From a virus: DNA of 64,000 nucleotides. The stretch covers positions 1-64,000 of IMG/VR virus record IMGVR_UViG_3300026484_000382; one strand, given 5' to 3'. Positions 37,601 to 47,519 of the stretch are shown here, piece after piece; the stretch's first letter is position 1, and every line of letters begins with the position of its first letter. The notes under the pieces are model-generated. The model saw only the letters and a program-made list of their open reading frames with translations. It was not told where the DNA came from and made no database searches. A program made the position numbers and the translations under genes.

Positions 37601-38089
37601 AATCTTGTTTATAAGACAACAAAAAGATTATATGGGTCAAATATAGAAGAAAAACAATCTTTAATGGTAGAAGGTCGTTCAATTTCAGATAATGGTATGT
37701 TCCATGAAAACTTACAAGAACATATTGCTGCTATTGTTGATAAAGAAAAAGTTAAAGATTTTAGAGAAGAAGATATGAGATTTACTGAGGAAGATTTAAA
37801 GGGGTATACATATCCTAACGAATATATAAAATCTTTAAATAATCAATTAATTAAAGGTGTTGAAGGGGTTAATACTAGTATATCTGCTGAAGATGTGGTC
37901 TCTACTCAGGATGAACAGGTATTGTCAGAAGAAACAATCGAAGAAATAAGAAGATATATTGATGACCTGGGAGATGTTTCAGACTCTATAGTTTATGATA
38001 TGGTTCCAACTAGGCCTATTATTGATGGTAAACTATTGAAAAAAATAATAGTTCCACAAAACATAAATATAACGGACAGGGAGGAGTAA
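34676..38089 (+). CDS. Very large hypothetical protein (tail/baseplate region)
   Basis: 1137-aa ORF, GGAGG RBS, acidic C-terminus. Confidence 0.65.
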   Translation: MVLGYLNLNTFEVLYIEAHFNIQTLNTLTIECISFQIKKEKLKGFVTPECYLSANNVVQFVGEYYNFNEYYIDYIDFSISNFAKNKKLKEVYSYNCFYSTLRNPFNRTHFHDVGALFSIKSVLMRANFECKINDYKVDFVLPSSMFYLKNLNLKAFVFTDLWGVIKNAKLFFMGCDFPTLTRLNEKNEYTGMWTNSKNHSYYITNKNYFFRIPLNPYIGIGNIPVLTEVEDNYTIEEPTTISLNYIIKPFVRNVKLDNDLLPVTSKEQHLNISLLYNLNSVYSLKLKYKDTYNLKSLTSACLHIIPVVAPKGKYRIIDTKDFYKQIFEVSKVKSGNVVNLNGVSLYLCDMWGIYQLNVVYGETSEFILKTKIDKIEALDEIIGDFADLNIVIYKKIINLRPIGINNLIRLRIYSTSEFQKKGIYRSIRFNKVQKKPNKAVPFYETDWVKLVNYSMTNIIFDNLISGDAYKSMRGPYKKIFHMPIYYSLKSSSCIGKLSLIKKGIGFYVVNKNNNNTYNKLFVYLYSNNGQISGYLQNILYSSDGLEIDKKTISSVELIYLLNVYLHPSYRRAAYIFKTKQDGTFDWDEETMEHYRKILLSEDVIKANNECKRMGISPYGIRKVVGFELSKKEMNNVYYFDNKETHFNYKGVEYYIDTYPIEKQNVFYSFLKNYEFIKNVGSSYCSFTIKNEVTTINSSKISIEAKTSVFYLHKSNFYIKSSDIRYLRAIDGNKEYKVSFDYFSQRIMDLKPVVKNFVSTSKLLNLHNFKYPFYLQIIEVNIKDTLFDYYNVYINMPRSLNPYYSKEQKFRLDKPIFLNEIVFKDIFRYKFIHILKKYKGVYSNVFHIKIAQRKTLKEVYSKYDSVWMQIYFSNYSDMAMDETILFLFNKNNDEFGIDMPIRHGFIDEVGGVEEIKKDKYWPSFLQDGEPEYGKFLVEDVPNRKAEPTRDCINVYNKLSYSGFDFEIERDDKVLVGNLVYKTTKRLYGSNIEEKQSLMVEGRSISDNGMFHENLQEHIAAIVDKEKVKDFREEDMRFTEEDLKGYTYPNEYIKSLNNQLIKGVEGVNTSISAEDVVSTQDEQVLSEETIEEIRRYIDDLGDVSDSIVYDMVPTRPIIDGKLLKKIIVPQNINITDREE

Positions 38090-38090
38090 T

Positions 38091-38864
38091 ATGTTTGAAA
38101 TAAGCTTTGATTCTGTTAAAGTTATGGGTTGTGTAATAGGATTGAAAGATGGAGAAAATAGTGTTTATTTAAACCCATCGAATGGTAACATTGTGTCTTA
38201 CCAAAAAGAAGATTATATTAAAATAGCAACCATAAATTATGATAAAAAAACAAAAACAGTAAAAATAGAGAGTGAGACAGAACTTTTTTCTGATGATATT
38301 AAAGATGATTTTGATTTTAAAAAGTATCATAACTGTAGAAATCTAGGAAATGGAAGGATGATAGCAAATGGTCCATATTACGGCAATAGCGCCCTTATGG
38401 GGTCAACAGAATTTCTAGAAGGGCTACCTATTTCATTTAATTACAACAGTTTTATTATGTCAAGCATATCCATAGCTTCATATAACTGGGCTGGTGGGAG
38501 AATGTGCTTTAATACAACTTTAACAAGAGCTAATGTGCATAATCCTCCATTTACAGGACACAGTCCTGGTTGTAGTATTCCTTCATCATTTTCAGTGCCT
38601 CAAATATCTCTTGCAATACCAATGACTTTATTTTATGGTAATTGGTTGGCCGCAATGAAATGGATTAATGGAATGACTAGTATAGTTGATTTTTTTTACA
38701 CTCACAGACAATATACAAATGTTGAAATAAACAAAAATGATTTATTTAGACTTAAAATAAAAGATAGTGAGATAAAAATTAACCCAATAGCATTAGACAA
38801 GGTATCCGCTTCTACTTCACCTGATTGGGCTGCATCAATGTCTATGTTAAATATATTAAAATAA
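38091..38864 (+). CDS. Hypothetical structural protein
   Basis: GGAGGAG RBS. Confidence 0.65.
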   Translation: MFEISFDSVKVMGCVIGLKDGENSVYLNPSNGNIVSYQKEDYIKIATINYDKKTKTVKIESETELFSDDIKDDFDFKKYHNCRNLGNGRMIANGPYYGNSALMGSTEFLEGLPISFNYNSFIMSSISIASYNWAGGRMCFNTTLTRANVHNPPFTGHSPGCSIPSSFSVPQISLAIPMTLFYGNWLAAMKWINGMTSIVDFFYTHRQYTNVEINKNDLFRLKIKDSEIKINPIALDKVSASTSPDWAASMSMLNILK

Positions 38865-38880
38865 AAAAAAAAGGAATAGA

Positions 38881-40257
38881 ATGGCTAGTCTGTTTATATC
38901 AACAGTAAAACCAAAAACATTAGAAGTTATACCAGGCCAAAAACCATGGTTAACAAATATACCTGATGAACAAAAAGACATTATATTGTATAAATTGGTA
39001 GGTCCATGTCCCCCTCCAGAACAAGGTGGGTGCGGTAAATACAAAAATGAAAAAAAAATAGTAATTAAAGTCCCAGCAATGAGAGAAATGTTAACTCCAT
39101 TTTTAATGGACTCAATTGAAAAAGAAATGAAAAACAAATATTACCACAATATTAGATATATAGAAGTAGATAATAAAACATTTTACAAAAGATTAAAAAA
39201 ATACAAAACACATAAATTTAGATATTTCTATAAAGGCGAGTTTAGAACATTGTATTTTAATTTACAATCAAAATCTTTAGTATTGAAGGAAAATTTTGCT
39301 GTTCATTTAACTTTATTTGCTTCTTTTCCTGCAAGAGGTTTAACAGCTGGATTACCAACCCCTTGCAAAACAGCTGGTTCATACAAATCACCTTGTGCAT
39401 GTGATGCATCTGATTGGGCAGTAGCTACATGGCTAAAAGGACTTGACCCATTAAAAGATGAGTGGTGGCAAATACATGGGGAACCAGAATTGGATAAATA
39501 TTGTAGACCAGCCGGAAAACCTTGTTATGGTGCCCCATTGGAATTAGAACATGACACATATTATTATACAAAACCAGGTGACAATGATTATATTGTTGAG
39601 TGTTTTACTGAAGAAATTGTGAATAATAATTTAGAAGGTTGGGCTAAAACTAAATATTTTATATTGGATAGAGAAGGTGAGTATTTTAAAAAAGGAACAA
39701 AAAATAAAGCAAGATATTCCGAATGGATTTTAGATTCATATAATAGTCAAAAATACCAAAGAATAGAATTGTATCATGACAAAAAAAAAGAAGTTAAAGC
39801 TAGATTTGTTGTTGATAACTTTAAAAGTATTGATGAACTGTTTAAAAAAATAGGGTATTCATGGTTTGGTAGACATAATACTTTTTATTTTATGTGGTTA
39901 GGGTGTGTTAATTATTTTAATAATGAAATTATGGAAGGGTTCTACTGCCCTCCAGACCCAGAACTCAAAATAATTGGAGGGGATGGTGCTAAATTAATAG
40001 TTCCTGATGGTGGCGGAATAGAAGCAGATGGTTTTAATGAAATTAGCGATGATAAAGAATTCCTTATTCAACAAACAATAGAATGGTATGAGCAACCAGA
40101 TTTATCTATAAAACATTTAGATGATATAAAAATATTTCAACAAGAACAAATATTGTATTTTAATATAAACACAGATAAATATTTAAACAAAATAAGAATT
40201 AATGGAAATACAAACGATGATTTTATGGATTATGCTGTGGTAAACTATTTTACTTAA
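38881..40257 (+). CDS. Cys/Pro-rich hypothetical structural protein
   Basis: AAGGA RBS; GPCPPPEQGGCG, PCACD, CRPAGKPC. Confidence 0.7.
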   Translation: MASLFISTVKPKTLEVIPGQKPWLTNIPDEQKDIILYKLVGPCPPPEQGGCGKYKNEKKIVIKVPAMREMLTPFLMDSIEKEMKNKYYHNIRYIEVDNKTFYKRLKKYKTHKFRYFYKGEFRTLYFNLQSKSLVLKENFAVHLTLFASFPARGLTAGLPTPCKTAGSYKSPCACDASDWAVATWLKGLDPLKDEWWQIHGEPELDKYCRPAGKPCYGAPLELEHDTYYYTKPGDNDYIVECFTEEIVNNNLEGWAKTKYFILDREGEYFKKGTKNKARYSEWILDSYNSQKYQRIELYHDKKKEVKARFVVDNFKSIDELFKKIGYSWFGRHNTFYFMWLGCVNYFNNEIMEGFYCPPDPELKIIGGDGAKLIVPDGGGIEADGFNEISDDKEFLIQQTIEWYEQPDLSIKHLDDIKIFQQEQILYFNINTDKYLNKIRINGNTNDDFMDYAVVNYFT

Positions 40258-40297
40258 TAATTTTTTATGTTATAATTAAGAAAAAAAAGGAAAAAAA

Positions 40298-40819
40298 ATG
40301 ACTTTTACGAACATAAGTAAAGCAGTTTTAGTGTTAAATGGTAGATTAATAGATCCTAGTAAATCTATCTTTGTAAGTGATGATAGTTTAAAATCAAATG
40401 CTCACAAAGTTCTTCAATATTGTGTTACTAACAAAGGTATTGTAAAAGATGTTACAGGAAAACAAATGTCTGTTGAAACACTTAAAGAATATATTGAACA
40501 TAGTGTATCAACAAAAAACGAACAAGTAGAAAAAGAAAAGGATGATTATCTTGATATACTTAAAGAAACTATTAAAGAGGAAGAAGCAAAAGAAAAGTCT
40601 GTCGCTGAAACTAAAAAAGAAACTGTTAAAGTGGAAAAAGAAAAAGAAGAACCTGTTACTGAAGTAAAAGAGCCTGTTGTTGAAGAAACAAAAGAACCTG
40701 TTGTTGAAGTAAAAGAACCTGTTGTTGAAGTAAAAGAGCCTGTTGTTGAAGAAACAAAAGAACCTGTTGTTGAAACTAAAAAAACTAATTCAAGAAAAAC
40801 AACATCAAGAAGAAAATAA
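40298..40819 (+). CDS. Protein with EPVVE(V/ET)K repeats and basic tail
   Basis: Promoter TGTTATAAT 40268-40276; first gene of neck/tail operon. Confidence 0.75.
   Translation: MTFTNISKAVLVLNGRLIDPSKSIFVSDDSLKSNAHKVLQYCVTNKGIVKDVTGKQMSVETLKEYIEHSVSTKNEQVEKEKDDYLDILKETIKEEEAKEKSVAETKKETVKVEKEKEEPVTEVKEPVVEETKEPVVEVKEPVVEVKEPVVEETKEPVVETKKTNSRKTTSRRK
40647..40778 (+). repeat. Coding tandem repeat (21/24-bp units, AAGAACCTGTTGTTGAAG core)
   Basis: About six units encoding KEPVVE(V/ET). Confidence 0.85.
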
Positions 40820-40822
40820 CAC

Positions 40823-41293
40823 ATGGCTCTATATGTAGATATTGATGACATTAAAGAATTTATTCAAGACAAACCAGAATTAAATTTCCTTAATGACAAT
40901 ATGGAACAGTTTAGAGATGATTTGTACGACGTGATATTACCTATGGTAGAAGATGAGATATTGACTCAATATCCTTCTTTGTCAGGTCGTAAAATAAGAA
41001 AAAGCATTATAATGTTTTTAGTTATAGCTAACTTAATGGGGTCAGAGGCTTTTATTCAAGTTAGAAATCAAGTGAGTGTGGCTGACACAAACAATAATGG
41101 TACTTCATTGTATGGAAAGCAAGGCGAATATTTGCAATTAGAACAAATATATAGACAAAGAGCTAATCTAATGCTCAATGCTATGGCTAAATCTTCTTTC
41201 TATAACGAATGTTGGGGAAGTGTTCGTTCTAATTCATCAGATATGGAAAGTAGTAATGAAATGTACGATGGTTTAATTACTATAGGATATTAG
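40823..41293 (+). CDS. Putative head-tail adaptor (neck) protein
   Basis: Size, helical character and position upstream of sheath. Confidence 0.55.
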   Translation: MALYVDIDDIKEFIQDKPELNFLNDNMEQFRDDLYDVILPMVEDEILTQYPSLSGRKIRKSIIMFLVIANLMGSEAFIQVRNQVSVADTNNNGTSLYGKQGEYLQLEQIYRQRANLMLNAMAKSSFYNECWGSVRSNSSDMESSNEMYDGLITIGY

Positions 41294-42109
41294 ATGATTA
41301 GATTAATAAAAGATACAGTTAATTCTATTATTGTTTATATTTGGGATGAAGATGTAATGGCAGATACTTTACGGGTATGGACAAAGCATTCTTCATCTGA
41401 AAAAAAAATAGTTGGTGAGTTGCCTTACAATAAAGATAAAATAGATTATTTATTTTCAGGGTTTTCTAATTTTATTGACTACAATGTTGATTTTTTTCCT
41501 TTTGAAGTGGAATTTTTAAAAGACAATAAGGTTGTAAAGAATGTTACTGTTAGTACAACTAATTACAAATTAAAACCGTTTCAAAGAGGAGTTTATAGGG
41601 TAAAAAGACAAGAGTTTTACATAAAAGCAAAAAACGTAAATGGAATGAGATTGCTTTTATTTAAAAAACAAAATAAAGAACATTGCCCTGATTGTTGGGA
41701 TGAGGATTATAAATCTTCGAATAATAGCAACTGTAAAACATGTGGTGGGACTGGTTATGTAGATAAATACTCATTACCTGTTTTTAGTTATGGATTTTAT
41801 TTTAATGACCAACCAGTAGATTCTCCAACTATTGAAAGCGGTAAACAACCATTAAATCCTGCGGTAGGAAACAATGCATATATTACTTTACTTCCTGATA
41901 TTGTTTTAACTCAATCGGATTTAATCTATTCTATAGATATTGGTGATTTAAGTATTATACACAAAACAACATTAACGCTTTTCAACAATAACCCTATAAG
42001 TCAAAAAGTATTTACTTCATCACTGCCAACGAATTCCAATGCTTATAAAGCTATAAAAGAAAATTTACATAACAAGATGAAGGAGGTGATGGGTGGCATT
42101 GGACAATAA
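41294..42109 (+). CDS. Putative head-closure/neck protein with zinc finger
   Basis: CPDCWD...CKTCGGTGY in neck position. Confidence 0.6.
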   Translation: MIRLIKDTVNSIIVYIWDEDVMADTLRVWTKHSSSEKKIVGELPYNKDKIDYLFSGFSNFIDYNVDFFPFEVEFLKDNKVVKNVTVSTTNYKLKPFQRGVYRVKRQEFYIKAKNVNGMRLLLFKKQNKEHCPDCWDEDYKSSNNSNCKTCGGTGYVDKYSLPVFSYGFYFNDQPVDSPTIESGKQPLNPAVGNNAYITLLPDIVLTQSDLIYSIDIGDLSIIHKTTLTLFNNNPISQKVFTSSLPTNSNAYKAIKENLHNKMKEVMGGIGQ

Positions 42110-42806
42110 CTCTGTAAAAGTAATAGATGTTGTAGAGAAACAAAAAAATATAGATATTTCTTTTTCCACATCTACAATAAATTCATTTAACAGAAAGGTA
42201 ACCAACCCTAAGGAAATGATTGGTTATTATATGGCATTAACAAACCTGTATCTTTCTGATATAGGTAGAGAAGACATTGAAACTGATGTTTTCTTTAATG
42301 AAAATAAAGCTAGAGAAAATCCAGTTTACATATTATTTAACAGGGGAACATTATCTCCTGCTAATTTAGCTGTGCCTGGCTCAAGCTTTAATCCTGTTGG
42401 TACAGAAAACATATCCGTACATATAAATTCTGGCGAAAACATAAACCCTAATGAAAGTTTGTTGGGAGTTCATATGTTAAATGCTCAAATGCAGATTAAA
42501 TTATATGCACATAACAGGGTTGAGTTAGAAGAATTAGGTTATAAAATCTATAATTTAGTTCTTTCTGTTTCGGACAATATTTTATCTCAAATGTTTTCTG
42601 ATATATCAAGAGTTATGGAACCTTCAATGTCTTCTATTATACCTACTAAAGATTATGATGATATGTACGAATGTGAAATAGATTGGAGTATTTACTATAT
42701 AGAAAGCAATATTTTACTTTTTAAAGAAAAAATGTTAAAATACAATAACTTCATAGTGTTTGACCAACAGGCACAAGATGAAATAAAAATAAATAAAAAA
42801 GGATAA
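42093..42806 (+). CDS. Putative tail terminator/completion protein
   Basis: Immediately upstream of sheath; PVYILFNRG...MQIKLYAHNRVELEELGYKI. Confidence 0.5.
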   Translation: MALDNNSVKVIDVVEKQKNIDISFSTSTINSFNRKVTNPKEMIGYYMALTNLYLSDIGREDIETDVFFNENKARENPVYILFNRGTLSPANLAVPGSSFNPVGTENISVHINSGENINPNESLLGVHMLNAQMQIKLYAHNRVELEELGYKIYNLVLSVSDNILSQMFSDISRVMEPSMSSIIPTKDYDDMYECEIDWSIYYIESNILLFKEKMLKYNNFIVFDQQAQDEIKINKKG

Positions 42807-42809
42807 ATA

Positions 42810-44948
42810 ATGATTTCTATTAGACCTTATGTATCCATACAAGAGGGTATAATTGCTTCTGCACCGGTTATGTTAGACTCTTTACTTAAAGGGTTAATTG
42901 TAGGTCCAGCAATGGATGAATTTCATTCTATTTCTGAAAGTTTTAATTTTTCTGCTTTAAATAGTGTAACTATTGCAGAATTAAATGATCAAATAGGTGA
43001 TAAAGGTAAATATTTTAAAATGGCTGGAGCCAGAGAAGGTAGTACAGTAGATGTTAATTCTATTGAATGGGGTGCTTCTATCGCAAAGTTCTTGTTTGAT
43101 TTTGGTGACAATGACTTAAAAGGACATGTTAAAGATAAAGACCATAAATATATCTTTATTCAAGAAACAGGTGAAGATGGTCAAGCATCAGAAAGTGATT
43201 TAATTGATCAAGGATTGCAAAAAGGAGATACTCTTAGAGTACACGATCCAGATGATGATAGCAAGTTTACTGATATAGTTATTAGGGATTTTGATAGAGA
43301 TGGAGATGACTTATCTATTCTTTTATGGGACGAGATTCCTTATGATGTTGATGAAACTAAATCTTTAAAAGCTGATGTTGTTAAAGAATTTAAAGATGTT
43401 GAATTAGCACAAAAAGATTATAGTTATTCGTCTGCAGCGTACAGTGGAACGGATGTTCTAATTAAAGGTGATGGTAAGCTTTATTTAACTTATTTTGTTT
43501 ATAAGCCTACAGATAAAGATGCTGATTTAAACAACATTGTTGTATCTACAACAAATATGGTAATTCCTAATTACAGTGAGAATGCTTTAACAGTAAAAGT
43601 TTTTGATGGATTTTTAAATAACTTTTTTGATGCATACAGAACGGATTTAGAAAACCAAATTCTTACAGTAAATTATTCTAATTACAGAGAATTATTAGGA
43701 AAGCCTTCTAAGAAAAATAAACTAGGCACAGCATTGCATTTAATTGCCCAAGAAGTGCCAGGTTTTGAAATTAAAGTTATGCCAACAATGAGAGATGATT
43801 TGGAGAGCTATTCTAAAGTTTTTGATTCACTTGTGAATGTAGAGGATTTTTATAGTTTAACTCCACTTACATCGGATAAAAAAGTTATTGGATTATTAAA
43901 TAAATTCACAGAACAAGTATCGAGCGGTGAAATATCTAACTTTAAAATGGGTGTAGCTTCGATTAAGATGCCAATTATTACTAAAAAATTAGAAACATCT
44001 TCTTATAATGTGGAAGATAACGATGACGGTACATATACTATAACATTAGATAACGGTGGTTTTAGTAATAGTGATACTCGTGTGGGTGATTATATTTTTG
44101 GGAACAAAGATATTGAACTTGCGGATGAAGAATATTATGATGACATAGGAGAAACATACTCAGGAAAAGCTGTAGCGAAAATTCAAGATGTTGTAACTGA
44201 TAAAAAAATTATAGTAACTCCTATTATAGAAGGATTAAAAGTAGATGAAGTTTTAGATGGTCAAGATTTAGTTGTTGCTAAATTAAATACAAAAAACGAA
44301 ATCAAAAAAATTATAAAAGAATATCCTGAATCTTTCAATAACATGCATATGGTATTAGTTTTCCCAGATAAATTTGTAAAAGATAACAAAGTGTATGCTG
44401 GTTACTATGGTGCTGCTGTTATTCAAGCTGTTATGGCTCATTTACCGCCTCAACAAGGTTTATCAAATATGGCTATTACTGTTTTTGATAGAGTAATTAA
44501 TTCTTCTTACTATTTTCAAGAATCAGAATTAGATGAAATAGCTAGTGCCGGAATCATGGTAATTTCTCAAAAATCATTTAATTCTTACCCATACATTATA
44601 AGACAATTAACTACAAACATGAATTCTATAGAAGAAATGGAAGTTTCTAAAGTTAGATGTTTGGATTATGTTGCTATTCAAATTAAGCAATCAGTTGATG
44701 GTTATGTAGGAAAAAGAAATGTAACACATGATAATAAAGATGAAATACTTCAAAAAATTGAAGTATTATTAAAAGGTATCATTAAAGATACTTCAAATAT
44801 ATTATTAGGACCAATTATTTTATCTTACTCTAATTTAGTTGTTGAAATAGACACTAATGAAGTTGGAGCAATAGAAGGTTCAGTAGAAGTTGTAACACCT
44901 ACTTCATTAAATGCAATTAAATTAGGTGTAAAATCTAAAAGTAAATAA
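42810..44948 (+). CDS. Contractile tail sheath protein
   Basis: RPYVSIQE N-terminus, LIVGP; C-terminal PQQGLSN...LDEIASAG...IRQLTT...EVSKVRCLDYV...P..LN.I. Confidence 0.85.
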   Translation: MISIRPYVSIQEGIIASAPVMLDSLLKGLIVGPAMDEFHSISESFNFSALNSVTIAELNDQIGDKGKYFKMAGAREGSTVDVNSIEWGASIAKFLFDFGDNDLKGHVKDKDHKYIFIQETGEDGQASESDLIDQGLQKGDTLRVHDPDDDSKFTDIVIRDFDRDGDDLSILLWDEIPYDVDETKSLKADVVKEFKDVELAQKDYSYSSAAYSGTDVLIKGDGKLYLTYFVYKPTDKDADLNNIVVSTTNMVIPNYSENALTVKVFDGFLNNFFDAYRTDLENQILTVNYSNYRELLGKPSKKNKLGTALHLIAQEVPGFEIKVMPTMRDDLESYSKVFDSLVNVEDFYSLTPLTSDKKVIGLLNKFTEQVSSGEISNFKMGVASIKMPIITKKLETSSYNVEDNDDGTYTITLDNGGFSNSDTRVGDYIFGNKDIELADEEYYDDIGETYSGKAVAKIQDVVTDKKIIVTPIIEGLKVDEVLDGQDLVVAKLNTKNEIKKIIKEYPESFNNMHMVLVFPDKFVKDNKVYAGYYGAAVIQAVMAHLPPQQGLSNMAITVFDRVINSSYYFQESELDEIASAGIMVISQKSFNSYPYIIRQLTTNMNSIEEMEVSKVRCLDYVAIQIKQSVDGYVGKRNVTHDNKDEILQKIEVLLKGIIKDTSNILLGPIILSYSNLVVEIDTNEVGAIEGSVEVVTPTSLNAIKLGVKSKSK

Positions 44949-44964
44949 AAAAAAAGGATAAAAG

Positions 44965-45300
44965 ATGGCTTTAACAAAAGGAACTATGAGTTCAACTAAT
45001 GCTCCTGCAACTGGTATTATTATAAACTACAGTTTAACATATGGAGAAGACCCGCAACCATTATATGAGGCGGGTAGTTCAGAAATACATGCTGTATTAA
45101 GAATGGAATCAATGTTACAGTTACAAGTAAGTAAGGCAATGTTTAATAATGGTGATGCTATTCAAAGTGTAAATGGGATACAATTAATAGGGGCTCCTAG
45201 TAAAACAATTCAAAACCCTGCTATAAAATACACTTATTCTGCATCTTCTGGACAAGTTTATGTTGTTGAAAATTTTATGGCAATTGGAAAAGAAGCATAG
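44965..45300 (+). CDS. Putative tail tube protein
   Basis: Directly after sheath; beta-rich, PLYEAGS motif. Confidence 0.6.
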   Translation: MALTKGTMSSTNAPATGIIINYSLTYGEDPQPLYEAGSSEIHAVLRMESMLQLQVSKAMFNNGDAIQSVNGIQLIGAPSKTIQNPAIKYTYSASSGQVYVVENFMAIGKEA

Positions 45301-45303
45301 TTT

Positions 45304-47064
45304 ATGTCAAAAGGGCTCGAAAATACAAAAACCCATCTCTTTTTGGGTTTCGTAACAAAAATAGATCCATTGTATAATACTGTAGAAATAGATTCTGCTT
45401 TATACGGAAAAATATATACTCAATACAACCCTGTTTTAGGATTAGAGAAAAATGATTTAGTGTTAGTTTCTAAGATAGAGGGGTTTTTTAGTGTAATAGA
45501 AAAAACTATAGTGGATTATGATGAGAAACAATTATATATAATTGATACTGAAAAGAAAAATATTGATGAAAGAATAAAAGAAATAAACTCAGAAGATTTG
45601 CCCGAGGAAGTTAAATATCCAGCTGATTTTTATATAAAAAAAGAAGAAGGTGATAAATCTGACAATGTTGGCACAAATGGATATAGAATAACTAAAAAGT
45701 TTATAGAATTTTTTTCAGGTTTAGCAACTATGAGAGTTGATTTTAACAGTGTCAGAATTTTAAGTAAAGCATTTCTATTTTTTGGAATAAAAACAAAGGC
45801 TTTATTTAAAGTTACTGAAAACAAAACAGAAGATAACTCTTACACTTTATTTATACCTAAAAACAATAATAAACCATATTTGATAAATATCAAAGGAGAT
45901 GTTAAGTCTGCGCTACTTGAGCACAAAATAAAAGTTGAATTACCCATACCAACAGAAGATATTGTTTTGTTAAATGCTGTAATATCAGATGTAAAAAACA
46001 TTATTTATGATTTAACTGAAACATCTTATGTTTATGATGATAATAAAAATACATTAACGGTAACAGATAAAGACAAAATGCACAAAATATCAAGAGAAGC
46101 AATAAACCTGTTTACAGAAAATATAAATAAAAAATTATACAAATACTTTTCTTATGGATGTGTAATAGATGATAACAGGTATCAGATAGTGAGTTATGAA
46201 GCGATAGACAAAAAAGGGAATAAGTATAATTTTAACAACAATGTTTTCAATGTGTTAAAAAACAAAGAAGAGATTATTGTTGAAAAAGAAAAAATATACT
46301 CGTCTGATATGATTAGAATATGGGGAAATTCTATGTATATTAAAAATACACCCATATCTGAAAGCCCATGGTATATGGAAATTTTATATAAGAAAGCTAT
46401 AATTAACTTTTATTGTAATTTACAGGTAAATGTATCTGAAGCTGTTTATCTAAATTCAAAAAATACTACATTGAACACATATAAACAATATAAATCGTAT
46501 TTTAATATAAATACAAATATTGTAAATGCTAAATCTAACATTATAAATATATCATTAGATGATTCGCTTGAAGATAAAGCATCATATATATTGAACATTA
46601 AAGATAGTGTAAATATTGTTTCAAATAAAAACAATATATTTGTTGTGCAATCTTTAAAAAGTGGAGATGCAATAAGTTTTTCTATTACAAAAAACAATAA
46701 TGTATATTTTACAAAAACAAATCAAATATATTCTGATTGTAAAACATTTGTTGTTCCTTCTGGGCAAATTATCGCGAAATCACTATATATAAAAAAATTT
46801 TTAATTGTAAAAGATGTTTTTACTGCGTTCGAAAAAGGAGTTTATTTAACTGCTCCAACAACTTACATAAAAGCAGACGATATGTTTTATGTTGACACAG
46901 GGAAAAGTTATGTAAAAGCAAAAACTAATATTGTTTTATATATTGAAAAAGAAAAAATAAATGATGAAGATAAGAATACGACAATGTCATATATTTCTAT
47001 GTCTAAATCAAGTATAATAGGGAATGCGAGTAGTGTTGTTATTCCTAATTTGAATAAAGGTTAA
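45304..47064 (+). CDS. Putative baseplate central spike protein
   Basis: N-terminal OB-like GFVTKID...ND.VLV; beta-repeat C-terminus. Confidence 0.5.
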   Translation: MSKGLENTKTHLFLGFVTKIDPLYNTVEIDSALYGKIYTQYNPVLGLEKNDLVLVSKIEGFFSVIEKTIVDYDEKQLYIIDTEKKNIDERIKEINSEDLPEEVKYPADFYIKKEEGDKSDNVGTNGYRITKKFIEFFSGLATMRVDFNSVRILSKAFLFFGIKTKALFKVTENKTEDNSYTLFIPKNNNKPYLINIKGDVKSALLEHKIKVELPIPTEDIVLLNAVISDVKNIIYDLTETSYVYDDNKNTLTVTDKDKMHKISREAINLFTENINKKLYKYFSYGCVIDDNRYQIVSYEAIDKKGNKYNFNNNVFNVLKNKEEIIVEKEKIYSSDMIRIWGNSMYIKNTPISESPWYMEILYKKAIINFYCNLQVNVSEAVYLNSKNTTLNTYKQYKSYFNINTNIVNAKSNIINISLDDSLEDKASYILNIKDSVNIVSNKNNIFVVQSLKSGDAISFSITKNNNVYFTKTNQIYSDCKTFVVPSGQIIAKSLYIKKFLIVKDVFTAFEKGVYLTAPTTYIKADDMFYVDTGKSYVKAKTNIVLYIEKEKINDEDKNTTMSYISMSKSSIIGNASSVVIPNLNKG

Positions 47065-47069
47065 TTATT

Positions 47070-47504
47070 GTGGTTATAGATGTGAATAATGTTGAAGTTA
47101 AATCAATTTTAAATCAATTCCAATCTTTCGTTAAAATAGAAACGGTTTCTTTTGTAGAAGCGGAACTAAATAAAAAAACTATAATAGAAGCACTAAATGA
47201 TGATAGAGTAAAAATAAAAGTTTTTTCTGATTGTATTAGCGATGTTGAATTTGTTGGGGAGAAAATTGTATTGCCTAGTTTTTATACGCTAAATAACGAA
47301 TCTCAGAAAAATTTAATATCCGTATTTGAATTTGTTATCAATAAAATAAAGTCCATTCCTCCTTACAATAAAGAGAATGGAATATTGGTTGATATAAATA
47401 AAGATAATATAAAAATAATAGATAATGGATCTTTTTTTGAAAAAGAAACGATATTATTGTATAATTTACTAACAATACAATTATGCGAAAAACTAAAAAA
47501 ATAA
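47070..47504 (+). CDS. Hypothetical protein
   Basis: GTG start after AAGG. Confidence 0.55.
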   Translation: MVIDVNNVEVKSILNQFQSFVKIETVSFVEAELNKKTIIEALNDDRVKIKVFSDCISDVEFVGEKIVLPSFYTLNNESQKNLISVFEFVINKIKSIPPYNKENGILVDINKDNIKIIDNGSFFEKETILLYNLLTIQLCEKLKK

Positions 47505-47519
47505 AAAGGAGCAAAAAAA

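Noticed and set aside
40647-40778. Tandem repeats as a possible CRISPR array
   Set aside because: In-frame coding repeats with no unique spacers; I saw no CRISPR array or cas gene in the window
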